A stretch of 64,000 nucleotides of DNA from a virus. The position numbers and the translations under genes were made by a program. Within the stretch, counting starts at the first letter, position 1. Every line of letters starts with the position of its first letter. The DNA lies in the IMG/VR virus record IMGVR_UViG_3300032046_000006, positions 32,001 through 96,000 of that record. One strand, written 5' to 3'. Under the pieces are notes generated by a model. That model was given only the letters and a program-made list of their open reading frames with translations, was not told where the DNA came from and did not search any database. This document shows positions 40,540 to 50,674 of this stretch, one piece after another.

Positions 40540-40740
40540 TTATTCTTTTTTCTCTTTTTGTTTTTCAATTGTATCTAATGGTATTTCTAATTTGGTCATT
40601 ATTTTCGTAGTATTGGTTCTGCAATTTAAGATAACTTTAACTATTTTTTCGAGTTTTAAACTCAATTTTTGATAATCGTTAAGTTTATCATCAGCATCAA
40701 TTTTTTTGAAATCATCCCAAATGCCTTGAGCTGGAATCAT
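40540..40740 (-). CDS. Hypothetical protein (66 aa, MIPAQG...)
   Basis: AAGGAGGT SD; in frame with the longer 40540-40929 ORF. Confidence 0.6.
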   Translation of the reverse strand: MIPAQGIWDDFKKIDADDKLNDYQKLSLKLEKIVKVILNCRTNTTKIMTKLEIPLDTIEKQKEKKE

Positions 40741-40772
40741 TATCTTACCTCCTTTTGTTAAATTTTTATTTA

Positions 40773-40868
40773 TTATTTTTTTCCGTATGTCTGGTAAATT
40801 AACATTCCCCCTCCGCCCACTATTACTCCTATCACGAAAGCTACTATCTCCTTGAGTAGAACTATCAT
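40773..40868 (-). CDS. 31-aa single-TM peptide nested out of frame in ORF 40540-40929
   Basis: MIVLLKEIVAFVIGVIVGGGGMLIYQTYGKK; AAGGAG SD. Confidence 0.6.
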   Translation of the reverse strand: MIVLLKEIVAFVIGVIVGGGGMLIYQTYGKK

Positions 40869-40928
40869 TTTTTTCTCCTTTCTTTAATTTTTCCGATATT
40901 TGATTTAACTGTTCTTTCCAATTAGACA

Positions 40929-41361
40929 TTATTTATATCCTTCCATTTTTCTATTACAAAATGGACATATGTAACCTGCACAACCATTAATGGAAGGAAA
41001 ATTAAATCTCCCATGACAATCGGGACATTCATAATTAAATTGCGGAGAAGGATTATAATAAATTGGATAATTTTGATTTGCATGACAACAACCGATACAA
41101 GTAGGTTGATAACATTCTAAATTAGAAAGATAACACCACATTTTATTCCTCCTATTTAATTATTATATACCATTTCTTTTTAAATCCCATGCAGTTGTTG
41201 TTTTTATTTCGTGCTTCTGGAGAATTTTGCAAAATTTTATATTCATGAATAGCGTCTCTTTCTGTAATAATATTAACTGGGTGATAACATAAATAACAAA
41301 ATTCTCCCATTGCACCTTCGTAACTACTAAGATATTTACAATTTTTACAATAAATTGTCAT
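40929..41361 (-). other. Two small Cys-rich hypothetical ORFs
   Basis: CPDC..CPFC and CKNC..C motifs; SD sites. Confidence 0.5.
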
Positions 41362-41373
41362 TTTTATCCTCCT

Positions 41374-41952
41374 TTATAATTTTAATCCCGCAAGGGCAAG
41401 CAAAATCGCATCCGCAATATCCGAACTTTTGATTTCTTCTTCAACAATATTAGATATGAATTTCATAATTTCTTTTTTCTTTTGGTCAGTTGGGGTTCCT
41501 CTTGGCAATACAGAATGAAATCCAACTAATTTACGAGCAACTGTAGGAAGATAAAATTTTATCTCATCAAAAGAATCATAAAGTTCTGAATAAAAAATGC
41601 CTCCAAGACTTCTGAGATACCCAAAAGTTTCTGGACTCATTAAAAGAAAAGATTGTTCTAATACCAAAATAGATGGTGCTTTTATAGTTATTTGATTTTT
41701 ATAATCTCTAATTAAATTAAGGGCACTATCCATTGCTTGTTCGTATTTTTCTGATTTTTCCATTTGGTCGGCTATTTTTCTTGGAATTGTAGGCAATTTA
41801 AAAATAGAATAATCTATGATTGCCTTTTCCCCAAAAGTAGAAATAAGAGCCAAACCGGTAGTTGAAGCAGTATCAACGCCAAGTCCCATTACATTCTTAC
41901 GAAGTTTAAGCCCTAAATTCTTTTCTAATTTTTTAAGAGATAATTTAATCAT
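41374..41952 (-). CDS. RuvC-like Holliday junction resolvase
   Basis: LGVDTASTTG, VLEQ, DIADAI. Confidence 0.8.
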   Translation of the reverse strand: MIKLSLKKLEKNLGLKLRKNVMGLGVDTASTTGLALISTFGEKAIIDYSIFKLPTIPRKIADQMEKSEKYEQAMDSALNLIRDYKNQITIKAPSILVLEQSFLLMSPETFGYLRSLGGIFYSELYDSFDEIKFYLPTVARKLVGFHSVLPRGTPTDQKKKEIMKFISNIVEEEIKSSDIADAILLALAGLKL

Positions 41953-43301
41953 TTTTAGTATTTTTTATTCTTTCTTGTGCAATTTTTAAATAATCTAATG
42001 ATAATTCTATGCCAATAAATTTCCTACCTAATAATTTTGCAGCAACTCCAGTTGTGCCACTTCCTAAAAAACAATCTAAAACAGTATCTTCTTTTCTACT
42101 TCCTAAAGTAATAAGATAAGACATTAATTTTATTGGCTTAACTGTTGGATGGCAATTCTTAGAAGGAGCTTTTTCACTCCCGAATTTACCAGAAGCCGAA
42201 TTAACATCTTCTAAATAATCTCCTATACCACCCCCACCCCCAGTAGTTTGTTTTATTGATAAATTATCCAATCCTTTATTTTTTTCACTCTTACTTGCCT
42301 TTGGACAAATTAAAAAAGGAAAAGTATTACAATCTTCGGAAATATCATTTTCTTTAGCCCAAGCATCTAAATCAAAATAACGAGAAAAAGAACCAGAATC
42401 ATTATAAGTTTGCCCTGCTGGTTTGCCTGTAGATTTTTGCCAAATTCCACCAGAGGCAGATTTATCATCTTTAGATTTATTTGATGTTCTTTCTTTTCCA
42501 TCATTTAAAATATCATCAGATACTAATAAATTAGCAGGGAATCTTCCTTTTTCTGAACCAATTTCTACATTATCTTTATATCCATAATTTCTTTCTTCTG
42601 ATGTGGAATTTAAATTTCCTCTTGTTTGCGGTTTATATTTTTTCTCATAAGGAATTCTACAATCATCTAAATTAGTAATTCCTTTGCCATTTTTTAATGC
42701 TTGGTCTATGTAACTTTTTTCTGATAAAGGTTTCATTACTACAATTATTATTTCTACTGCTGGTTTTGGTTGAAAACCACCATAAAATCCATCAAGAGTT
42801 TTTGCTTCATCAGAAATGGGCAATCCATCTTCAAAAACTCTTGACATACTATTTTCTCCTTCTATATTACAATTATAACAACCAGAACCACTATTAGTTG
42901 CTTTGCCATCGGTTCTCGTAATACCTGTTCTTTTTAATCCTTTTCTTTTATCTATTGCTTTAGAAATGTTTATTGCTTTAGGAAAACCAGTCGCATAACA
43001 ATAATAAATTGATGTAAATCCTGTTTCAAATCCTGCTTCTTGTAAATTATAAATCATTCTTCCTAATACCTCTTGTCTTGGTGCGGACATTATAAAAGCA
43101 AATGCTCCTGGTTTCAATACTCTTAAACATTCTTTCCAAGTAGAAGAAGGAATAACTACTTTATCCCAATCCTTACCCATAAAAGAATAACCGTCAATAT
43201 GGTGGGTCAGTACAAATTAAATCAATAGAATTATCTTCTATTTTTTTTAATACTTCTGCACTGTCCCCTAAAAATAATTTGATTTTAGGTTCTTCCACCA
43301 T
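41945..43301 (-). CDS. Beta-class DNA methyltransferase interrupted after DPPY (frameshifted, recoded or pseudogene)
   Basis: 43301-43194 encodes MVEE...GDSAEVL...TDPPY-stop; +1 frame continues GYSFMGKDWD...HPTVKP...LDCFLGSGTT. Confidence 0.85.
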
Positions 43302-43769
43302 TTATTCCTCACCTCCTCTATAGAAAGAAGAAATAACCGCTCCGATTTGTTTCATTTGGTCAACAGTAAATCTTCTTCCTCTCGTCATATTACATATATG
43401 ACATGCAATGATTACATTATTTATGTGATGTCCATCTTGATGATTTATTCTATCAAATCCTAAATTTATATTATTGCCACAATAATAACATTTACCGGTT
43501 TTTAATAATTGACAAAATTCTCTTACATTTAATATTATTGACTTATAATTATGTTTTCTATCAAATGCTTTATATTTATAATATTTTCTTCTTCTTAAAA
43601 TATCGTCTACACCATAACCAGTTCCTAATCGCATTGGTGCTACCAAACCTAACATCATACCTTTTTCTTTATGCTTTCTTGAACAAAATACATTTTTACT
43701 TTTTATATGAGATTTATCTCTATAAAAAATTTTATCACAAATAGCACAGTTACATTTAATTTTAGGCAT
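43302..43769 (-). CDS. HNH endonuclease
   Basis: CYYCG..GFDRIN..DGH..NNV..CHICN. Confidence 0.85.
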   Translation of the reverse strand: MPKIKCNCAICDKIFYRDKSHIKSKNVFCSRKHKEKGMMLGLVAPMRLGTGYGVDDILRRRKYYKYKAFDRKHNYKSIILNVREFCQLLKTGKCYYCGNNINLGFDRINHQDGHHINNVIIACHICNMTRGRRFTVDQMKQIGAVISSFYRGGEE

Positions 43770-43812
43770 TACAATCTCCTAAATATAATTGTATTTGTTT
43801 ATTAGTATTCAT

Positions 43813-46800
43813 TTATTCCTCATAATAGGCTTTAAGTTCTTTTTTTAATAAATCATCATTCTCATAAACACTTTGTTCATTATTTTTCGGACATTCTTCT
43901 GGATTTTTAGATAAGCATTTACCTTCCTTTTCTTGCCCACATTTATTAAAATCACAAAGATTATCTTCTTCTATAAAATCTTTTTCAGTAAAAGTAGGTT
44001 GAGATTGAATTATTGATTCTTGCTCTTTAACTATTTTTAAAGCGATTTGAGCTTTAGTTTTTCGTTCTTTTTTAGGTTTAGTTATTATGCCAATTTTTTC
44101 TTTATTCCATTTAAGAGCATCAAAGATTTTTTCGGCAATGTCTAAAATATTCCTTTTAGTCATCATGTCATAATCTATTTCTATTATTTGGTTTTGGGTT
44201 TCTTCATCATAAGCGAGGACATTTTTTTCTATCATTGTATGGGATTCTTTTAATTCCTTTTTCCCAGTTTCTTTATTTTTACGCATTTGCTTGGCATGTC
44301 TTTCTGATGTGCCAAGTGATTTAACATAACAATAATAAAAAGTCTCTCCAGAATTTTTAGCAAATCCAAACAATTCTTTAGAATAATCCAAAGCTCTCAA
44401 AAAAATAGGAGGACTTTTATAATCTTGTGCATTATTTATTTTAGAAGGAAATCCGATTTCAATTACAGGAACTTTTATAATCGCTTCTTTTTGTGAAGCG
44501 ATAAATTCTATAATCGCTTCTTGAGATTCATTGTTAAGAACCTTTTCTATTAATTCTTCTTGAAACTTTTTCATAAAAATAGAACTATTTCGTCTTTTTA
44601 CTTCCACTCCTTTAATTTCTTTTTTGATTCCTGCTTTTGATTTTAGGTAACCAACATAATGACATAAAGCTACTACTAATAATCTATCAAAGATACCCTC
44701 ACAATCAAAAGAAATATCTAGGTTTGGCTTATTGTATTGTTTTGCCCAATCTTTTACTAAATCATTTAATAAATTAGTAGGGTCTTCTTTGGCTAATACA
44801 AATAAACTATCAGTATCTACATAAGTTACTTTCATTTGTTGTTCCTGTAATTTATTTTCTACAAAATGAAGTAAATCTCTTACTATACTGGTAATAGCAG
44901 AGGCTATCCGAACATCATATAAACGAAACGCTTTTAAAGCAGTTACCCCGAAGAGACTATTTGTGAGTGCCTTGGTCGCATCATATTTTATTTGTAAATC
45001 TTTTGCGTCTTCACTTTCTGGATTTAAAGATTTTAATTGTTTTTTTAATATGTCTTTTTTGGCGATTAATTTTCTTGCTATAATAGGTAATAAAGTATTT
45101 TGATTTTGTTTAACATAAATAGAATATTTTATTTCATTAGTTTCTCGGTCAGTTATGTCTATTTTTTGTTCATTTTTATTTTCAGTAAGATTGGAAATAT
45201 CTAAACAAAAATTAATAATAGTTTGGGGATAAGCACTACTCAAATCAAGTTTATAGACCTGCTCAAATCGGCCAAGTTCGGCTCTTCTATATGCTCCCTC
45301 AAATTCCTTACCTTCTTCTATTATAATATCTTCCGCATATTTTTTTGAAGGAAGAATTATACCGAGTTTTTTTGCTTCAGTTAAAAGCATTACATCAAGA
45401 ACTTTTGAATTTCCACTTAATACTATTCGTTCATTATGTCTTATCAAAAAATTATGATATTCGTTTTCTATACACCAAATTTTGCCTTCATATCGAATTT
45501 CTTTTTTAGCGTGATAACGAAATAATTTAAATGGATTTTTTACAATGTTTCCTTCATAATATATTCCTTCATTTTTAATTCTTTTATGTGTTCTAACATT
45601 CCATCCAGCTAAAATACATAATAATTGAAATTGATTGATTAATTCTTTGCTTTTAGAATAATAACAACCACTATTTCTGGATTGCCAATGCCCATCTCCT
45701 TTCATCATAGTTTCGATTAATAGTCTTTTTTGTTGAATAGATAATTCAAAAACAAAATTGGGTAATTCTTTCTTATTTCTCAACAATTGTTTATATAAAG
45801 AAGTATAGACTGCTTTAATACGAAAATTAATACAGTTATTATTTTTATGTATATATTTAGAATATCCTAAATTTTCTTGATTTAATAATTCTTCTATTTC
45901 ATTTGCTTCTTTGCCTTTATTTTGATAAATAGAAATAGCTTTACTACATTTCTCAAAATGCCCTTCAGAAATAATCCATCCAATAAGTTTAATTTGATTA
46001 TCTGTTAATTGATTGAATTTTCCTTCATAGCCCTCCGAACCGACAAAAAAATATCTATCATCCCTGTCGGGTATAGAATCTATTGTATTTTCTTCTAATT
46101 TTAGTGTATTTCGTTCAGGTCTGTTATAAGTCATTAAAAATTTATGATTAGGGGTAACGCAAAAATTAATTCGTTCATTTTGATAATTAATCATTTTACC
46201 TTTATAATTATAAATAAATAGATTTTTAATATTTGATACTTCTAATTGAAATGTTTTTGGATTCATCGAATAAACTTTATCTGATTTTTTTATTTCATTA
46301 TATTTTTTCCAACCATTTTTAGTAAGAATTTCTGTTTGTTCATCAAGACAATTCCATGTAATGTCTTCCCAAACACATTTTCCCATTCTACGAATTTCAT
46401 CATAATAAGTTATAATATTTTTTTCTTTTTCAATTCCTACCATATCTTCGATGTCTTCTTTATTTTTTTCCTTAATATCATCAGTAATTTGACTAAAATC
46501 TACTTTCTTTTTCGGAGGTTTCTTTAAATATTTTTGGGCAATATAATCTAAGGAATAAGATACTTCTTTATTATAAATTTTTTTAAACAAATCTAGATAA
46601 TCTAATATACTAATTCCTGATGGATAGGGAATATCCATTTCTTTTATTCCATAACGATATTTATTTATTGGGGAAATCAATTCGGCTAAATCTAAATTCC
46701 ATAATTTTTTTATACGAGCATATAAATAAGGATAATCGAATAAAATAAAATTCCAACCTAATAAAATATCTGGTTGTTCTTCTTTTATATACTTTACAAA

Positions 46801-47301
46801 TTCTTTTAATAATTCATCTTCGGCACATTCTGTTTTATCGATTCCTTCTCTTTTACCAAATTCATAATAATCTTTAATCCAAAAAGTTTTAATTTCTTTA
46901 GATAAAGAATTATAAATACTAATACTTGTTATTGGCTGATTAGGATAAAGATAATCGGGTACTCCTGTTTTTGTTTGAATTTCAATATCAATAAAAATAT
47001 ATTTGATAGGGGATTTAATAATTTCTCCTACCTTATCAATTAAATAACGTTTCGGGTATAAAATGTCTGCCTCATAAGAATTTTCATCTCTTTTGCGAGC
47101 AACTTCTGAAGGTAATTTACAGAATACTTTATTTACTTTTTTCCCATTAATAGTTCTAAAGATTCCTGTAGAAGATTCTTTGAAAAAATAAGGCATGAAA
47201 TTCTTATCCCTAAACTGAGATAATTGACCATCGGGTTGACGATTGAATAGGATTATCTCTCTGCCCGAATTACTGATATTTTGGATTGGCAAACTTAACA
47301 C
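43813..47301 (-). CDS. polB: Family B DNA polymerase containing an intein
   Basis: DIE exo I, GWN...FD exo II, DLSSAYP, K...NSLFG, YVDTDS, KGVE. Confidence 0.93.
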   Translation of the reverse strand: MLSLPIQNISNSGREIILFNRQPDGQLSQFRDKNFMPYFFKESSTGIFRTINGKKVNKVFCKLPSEVARKRDENSYEADILYPKRYLIDKVGEIIKSPIKYIFIDIEIQTKTGVPDYLYPNQPITSISIYNSLSKEIKTFWIKDYYEFGKREGIDKTECAEDELLKEFVKYIKEEQPDILLGWNFILFDYPYLYARIKKLWNLDLAELISPINKYRYGIKEMDIPYPSGISILDYLDLFKKIYNKEVSYSLDYIAQKYLKKPPKKKVDFSQITDDIKEKNKEDIEDMVGIEKEKNIITYYDEIRRMGKCVWEDITWNCLDEQTEILTKNGWKKYNEIKKSDKVYSMNPKTFQLEVSNIKNLFIYNYKGKMINYQNERINFCVTPNHKFLMTYNRPERNTLKLEENTIDSIPDRDDRYFFVGSEGYEGKFNQLTDNQIKLIGWIISEGHFEKCSKAISIYQNKGKEANEIEELLNQENLGYSKYIHKNNNCINFRIKAVYTSLYKQLLRNKKELPNFVFELSIQQKRLLIETMMKGDGHWQSRNSGCYYSKSKELINQFQLLCILAGWNVRTHKRIKNEGIYYEGNIVKNPFKLFRYHAKKEIRYEGKIWCIENEYHNFLIRHNERIVLSGNSKVLDVMLLTEAKKLGIILPSKKYAEDIIIEEGKEFEGAYRRAELGRFEQVYKLDLSSAYPQTIINFCLDISNLTENKNEQKIDITDRETNEIKYSIYVKQNQNTLLPIIARKLIAKKDILKKQLKSLNPESEDAKDLQIKYDATKALTNSLFGVTALKAFRLYDVRIASAITSIVRDLLHFVENKLQEQQMKVTYVDTDSLFVLAKEDPTNLLNDLVKDWAKQYNKPNLDISFDCEGIFDRLLVVALCHYVGYLKSKAGIKKEIKGVEVKRRNSSIFMKKFQEELIEKVLNNESQEAIIEFIASQKEAIIKVPVIEIGFPSKINNAQDYKSPPIFLRALDYSKELFGFAKNSGETFYYCYVKSLGTSERHAKQMRKNKETGKKELKESHTMIEKNVLAYDEETQNQIIEIDYDMMTKRNILDIAEKIFDALKWNKEKIGIITKPKKERKTKAQIALKIVKEQESIIQSQPTFTEKDFIEEDNLCDFNKCGQEKEGKCLSKNPEECPKNNEQSVYENDDLLKKELKAYYEE
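45409..46350 (-). mobile_element. Intein (314 aa) with LAGLIDADG endonuclease
   Basis: N|CLDEQTEILT..GW, VTPNH, LIGWIISEG, MMKGDG, IWCI, SGN|S. Confidence 0.92.
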
Positions 47302-48009
47302 AAATAAACTCCTTTGCTAATTTAATCATTTCTTTATATGTAAATAAATTAGATTTAATATAATTACATCTACAACAAGCCAATGCAATATTTTTGATAG
47401 TATATGGTTTATTATTATTTTTTCTATCTAAAGTTAGTTTATTAGAAATCATGGCTAACTGAGAATATTTTTTAAATTTTAATTGATATTCTTTTATTCC
47501 ACAATAAACACAAATTTTTTCTTGTTTATTAAACCAATATATGAATTGCTGTTTTGTAATTAAAACTTTTATATTTCTTCTTTTTGCTCTATAAGTAAAA
47601 GACCACCATTTTAATAACGCCTGATGTGAATTTTTATATTTATTTAATATTCTTTTACTTTTTAATGGATGTTTTTTTGCCCATTCTAAATTTCTTTTAT
47701 TGCATTCTTTTTTATGAGTTTGATAATAATGAGGAGCTTTCCTTGCCCATCTTTTATCAGATTCTTTTTCCCGCCTTGTCCCTTAGGCGGTGACGGTGGC
47801 GGACTTGATGGTTTTGCATTAACTCCACCCTTCTTCACCGTTCCCTCTTTTATCCTCGTTCTACTGGATCCTTTTGACATTCTCAACCTCCTTCCGCATT
47901 TACAAATTCGCCGAATTTGTTTAAAATATTCTTTTATTTCTTTTCGATGTTTTTTGTGATATATTCTATCGTATTTTTGTTTATCCTTTTTTCCTTTTAT
48001 TGAACTCAT
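47270..48009 (-). pseudogene. HNH endonuclease gene split by a 188-bp insertion
   Basis: Removing 47730-47917 yields a continuous 183-aa ORF ...KEYFKHYYQTHKKE...CVYCG...LTLDRKNN...CCRCN. Confidence 0.8.
47730..47917 (-). mobile_element. 188-bp GC-rich insert carrying an SD and the start of a Pro/Gly/Lys-rich mini-ORF (ATG 47880)
   Basis: About 47% GC by hand count, CA at both junctions, palindrome at one end, GGAGG SD. Confidence 0.65.
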
Positions 48010-48908
48010 ACTTTAAAAGTTAAAATAAGAACTCTATCATTTTCACTAATACCAAACTTTGCAAATAAATCTTCAATTTCATAATTATTAACCATTCCGG
48101 TATCAACATGCAACAATCCATTAGGAATAGTTTTAAAATCACAAATATCAATATCTATTAAATTTGCTTCTTTTATTTTTTCATTATTCAACAAAACATC
48201 AAAATTACTTCCCATTAAATCATTATAATAATGGTATTTTTCTTCTGTATATTTTCTAATAGTTGTAAAAATATTATGATTTAATTTATTATTCCAATTA
48301 TGGGAAAATTTTATTTTATTCATTTTATTCTTTGCCAATTGTATATATTTTTCCTCTTTTAAGCGAAATTGTTCCCATTTTATACTCCTTCTTTAATTGT
48401 ATTCTTCCTATCCAAAAATTAATTTCTTCCCATATACAAACAAATATTCCAACAAATATTATTACTGGCAAAAAAATCAATACTAATAAATTAAAAGTAT
48501 TATTTTTCATTTTCAAATATCCACCAGTTTAAATTTTCTATTTTCATTTTTTAGTTAGACCATTGATAAAATTCATTATATTATCTTTAATCCACATATC
48601 TAACGCATCCAATTCTCTAATTCTATTACATTTATAGCACATTTCAAATAAATGATTTTCATCAAAAATTATTGTTGGTTCTTCACAATTACAATAAATC
48701 ATTATTTATCCTTTCCTTCAAAATGAAAAGTATCGTCATCATTTGCTCTAATGGTTTTGCCTATCCAATTAGATAATGCTTGCCAAAATCTTTCATCGGG
48801 ATGAGCAATACAATAATGAATAAAATCATTTAAAACTGCTATATTTTTAGATGTTTTCATTCTGTTGATTCCTCCTCTATTAATTTCATTACATCTGGAT
48901 AAGGACAT
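48006..48908 (-). other. Small hypothetical ORFs (48006-48338 possibly ASCH/PUA-like)
   Basis: IKFS...FTTIR motif; co-oriented. Confidence 0.45.
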
Positions 48909-49008
48909 TCTGGAACTGGAGGTTCGGTTATCTTTAATATATCAATTCTTAAAAAATGGCATAAGATTTTAGAAAACAAGAATTTTATATTTAAAATAAA
49001 TAAGTTCA

Positions 49009-49566
49009 TTATTCCTCCATAGATTTTCCAAAATCTTTAATATATCTAAAATAAACATACCAATAATCTCTATTAGCATTTGTTTTAGCATGACATTTTT
49101 TACAAAGACAGATTAAATTTTCTTCTTTACAATTCATTTTATCATAATCTATATGATGAGTAGAGTTGCCTGAGTTATTACATAATTGGCAAATATAATT
49201 ATATTTTTCTCTAATATGAATTTTTATATATCTCCAATTAGGAGCATAGGGGAAATAAGCAATTCCTCCTTGCCAATTATTATTTTTATTTCCTTTTCGA
49301 GAAGGAAATTTAAAATATTTACTATTTTGTTTTAACCATTTAATATAACACATTCTACATTTTTTTGCATATATATTTTTTAATCTTCTACCGCATTTAC
49401 AATAATATTTAATTCCTTTATAATTAGGATTATTTTTTCCATTATAATTTCTTCTATTTTTCATTCTTTTTATAATACTTATCTCATTAGCGTGTTTTTG
49501 GCATCGTTTGCTAATAAAACTTATTTCTTCCCCACAATCAATGCAAAAAGATTTATTTTTATACAT
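49009..49566 (-). CDS. HNH homing endonuclease, paralog of 3618-4208
   Basis: NWQGGI..PY..W, CQLC, HHIDYDK.N...NLICLCKKCH. Confidence 0.9.
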   Translation of the reverse strand: MYKNKSFCIDCGEEISFISKRCQKHANEISIIKRMKNRRNYNGKNNPNYKGIKYYCKCGRRLKNIYAKKCRMCYIKWLKQNSKYFKFPSRKGNKNNNWQGGIAYFPYAPNWRYIKIHIREKYNYICQLCNNSGNSTHHIDYDKMNCKEENLICLCKKCHAKTNANRDYWYVYFRYIKDFGKSMEE

Positions 49567-49567
49567 A

Positions 49568-50647
49568 TTATTCCTCAGATTCAAACTCTATCCAATCTTT
49601 AAATGTTTTTTTAATTTGCTCTTCGGTAGGTTTTTCAAAAGCATACTCATAATAAAAAGGCAAAGTAACTACAGAACTTTCGGGAGCAGTTCCACTAAGT
49701 TTTGTTTTTTCAATTTTTATATTTAAAGGAAATCCAATTATTATTTCTTTTGACTTATCGTTTATTTTAAAACGATATCTAGGGGAATCTGCTTTTGCCC
49801 CTCTATAGGTTTTAAGTGTTATTGCCGACCAATGTTGAAGAGCATGACCAGAACTAAGAGCATCGAGTTTAATAAAACTACCCAAATCTGTTCTTGCTTG
49901 CCCTATAAGTAATACTGCCACTTTGCCGGAAGCTACACCAGAAGCAGTCATTCTAAAGAATTGAGATAACTTACGAGCAAGTAAAGCCATCGTATCATCT
50001 GCTACAGACCTTTCCTTGCCTGTTTTAGTTTCTTTTTCGCCTTGCGGACTTAAAGATTGAATAGAATCAAGTACAATTAGCCCCACACTTTTTTCATTAC
50101 ATAATTTAATAATCATATCAAATGTTTCTTCGGCATTTTTAGATTTATTAGCTATTAATAAAGTATCTAAATTTACTCCCATTTTAGTCGACCAAACTTT
50201 ATTAAATGATTGCTCTAAATCAATATAGAGGGACTGTATTCCTTTTTTCTGTGCTTGAGCAATAACCAAATAAGCAAGAGTAGATTTTACGGAAGATTTA
50301 TTCCCCCACAATACCGTAAACATTCCCTCTGTAATCCCCCCACCTATTAAGTCATCTATTTGCTTTATTCCAAAAGGAATTTTGCCTTTTTCTGGTTCTT
50401 CGGAGGCAAAATGAATAACCTCATGTCCAAACTGTTTAGTCAAATTATTTACCGTTCTCTTTAGATTTGGATTTATATTTTCTTCTTTTTTATTATCTTC
50501 TTTACGTTCTTCTAATAATTTCTTATCTAAAGGTTCTAATTTTCCTTCTTTGGCTTCTTGTAATCCTTTTTCTACTAATTTTTTAGATTCTTTTGATAAG
50601 GGAATTTGTTTCTTATTTTTTGACCCTTTAGGTCTTCCTCTTGGCAT
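49568..50647 (-). CDS. RecA/UvsX-like recombinase with N-terminal AT-hook
   Basis: IDDLIGGG, YIDLE, MGVN, LIVLDSI, LARKLSQFFR; PRGRP at start. Confidence 0.88.
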   Translation of the reverse strand: MPRGRPKGSKNKKQIPLSKESKKLVEKGLQEAKEGKLEPLDKKLLEERKEDNKKEENINPNLKRTVNNLTKQFGHEVIHFASEEPEKGKIPFGIKQIDDLIGGGITEGMFTVLWGNKSSVKSTLAYLVIAQAQKKGIQSLYIDLEQSFNKVWSTKMGVNLDTLLIANKSKNAEETFDMIIKLCNEKSVGLIVLDSIQSLSPQGEKETKTGKERSVADDTMALLARKLSQFFRMTASGVASGKVAVLLIGQARTDLGSFIKLDALSSGHALQHWSAITLKTYRGAKADSPRYRFKINDKSKEIIIGFPLNIKIEKTKLSGTAPESSVVTLPFYYEYAFEKPTEEQIKKTFKDWIEFESEE

Positions 50648-50674
50648 TTTTAATCTCCTTTAATTTAATCCATT

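Noticed and set aside
47730-47917. Group I/II intron or autonomous IS
   Set aside because: No recognisable catalytic core, no U/G splice boundaries at the best junction, no transposase or terminal inverted repeats
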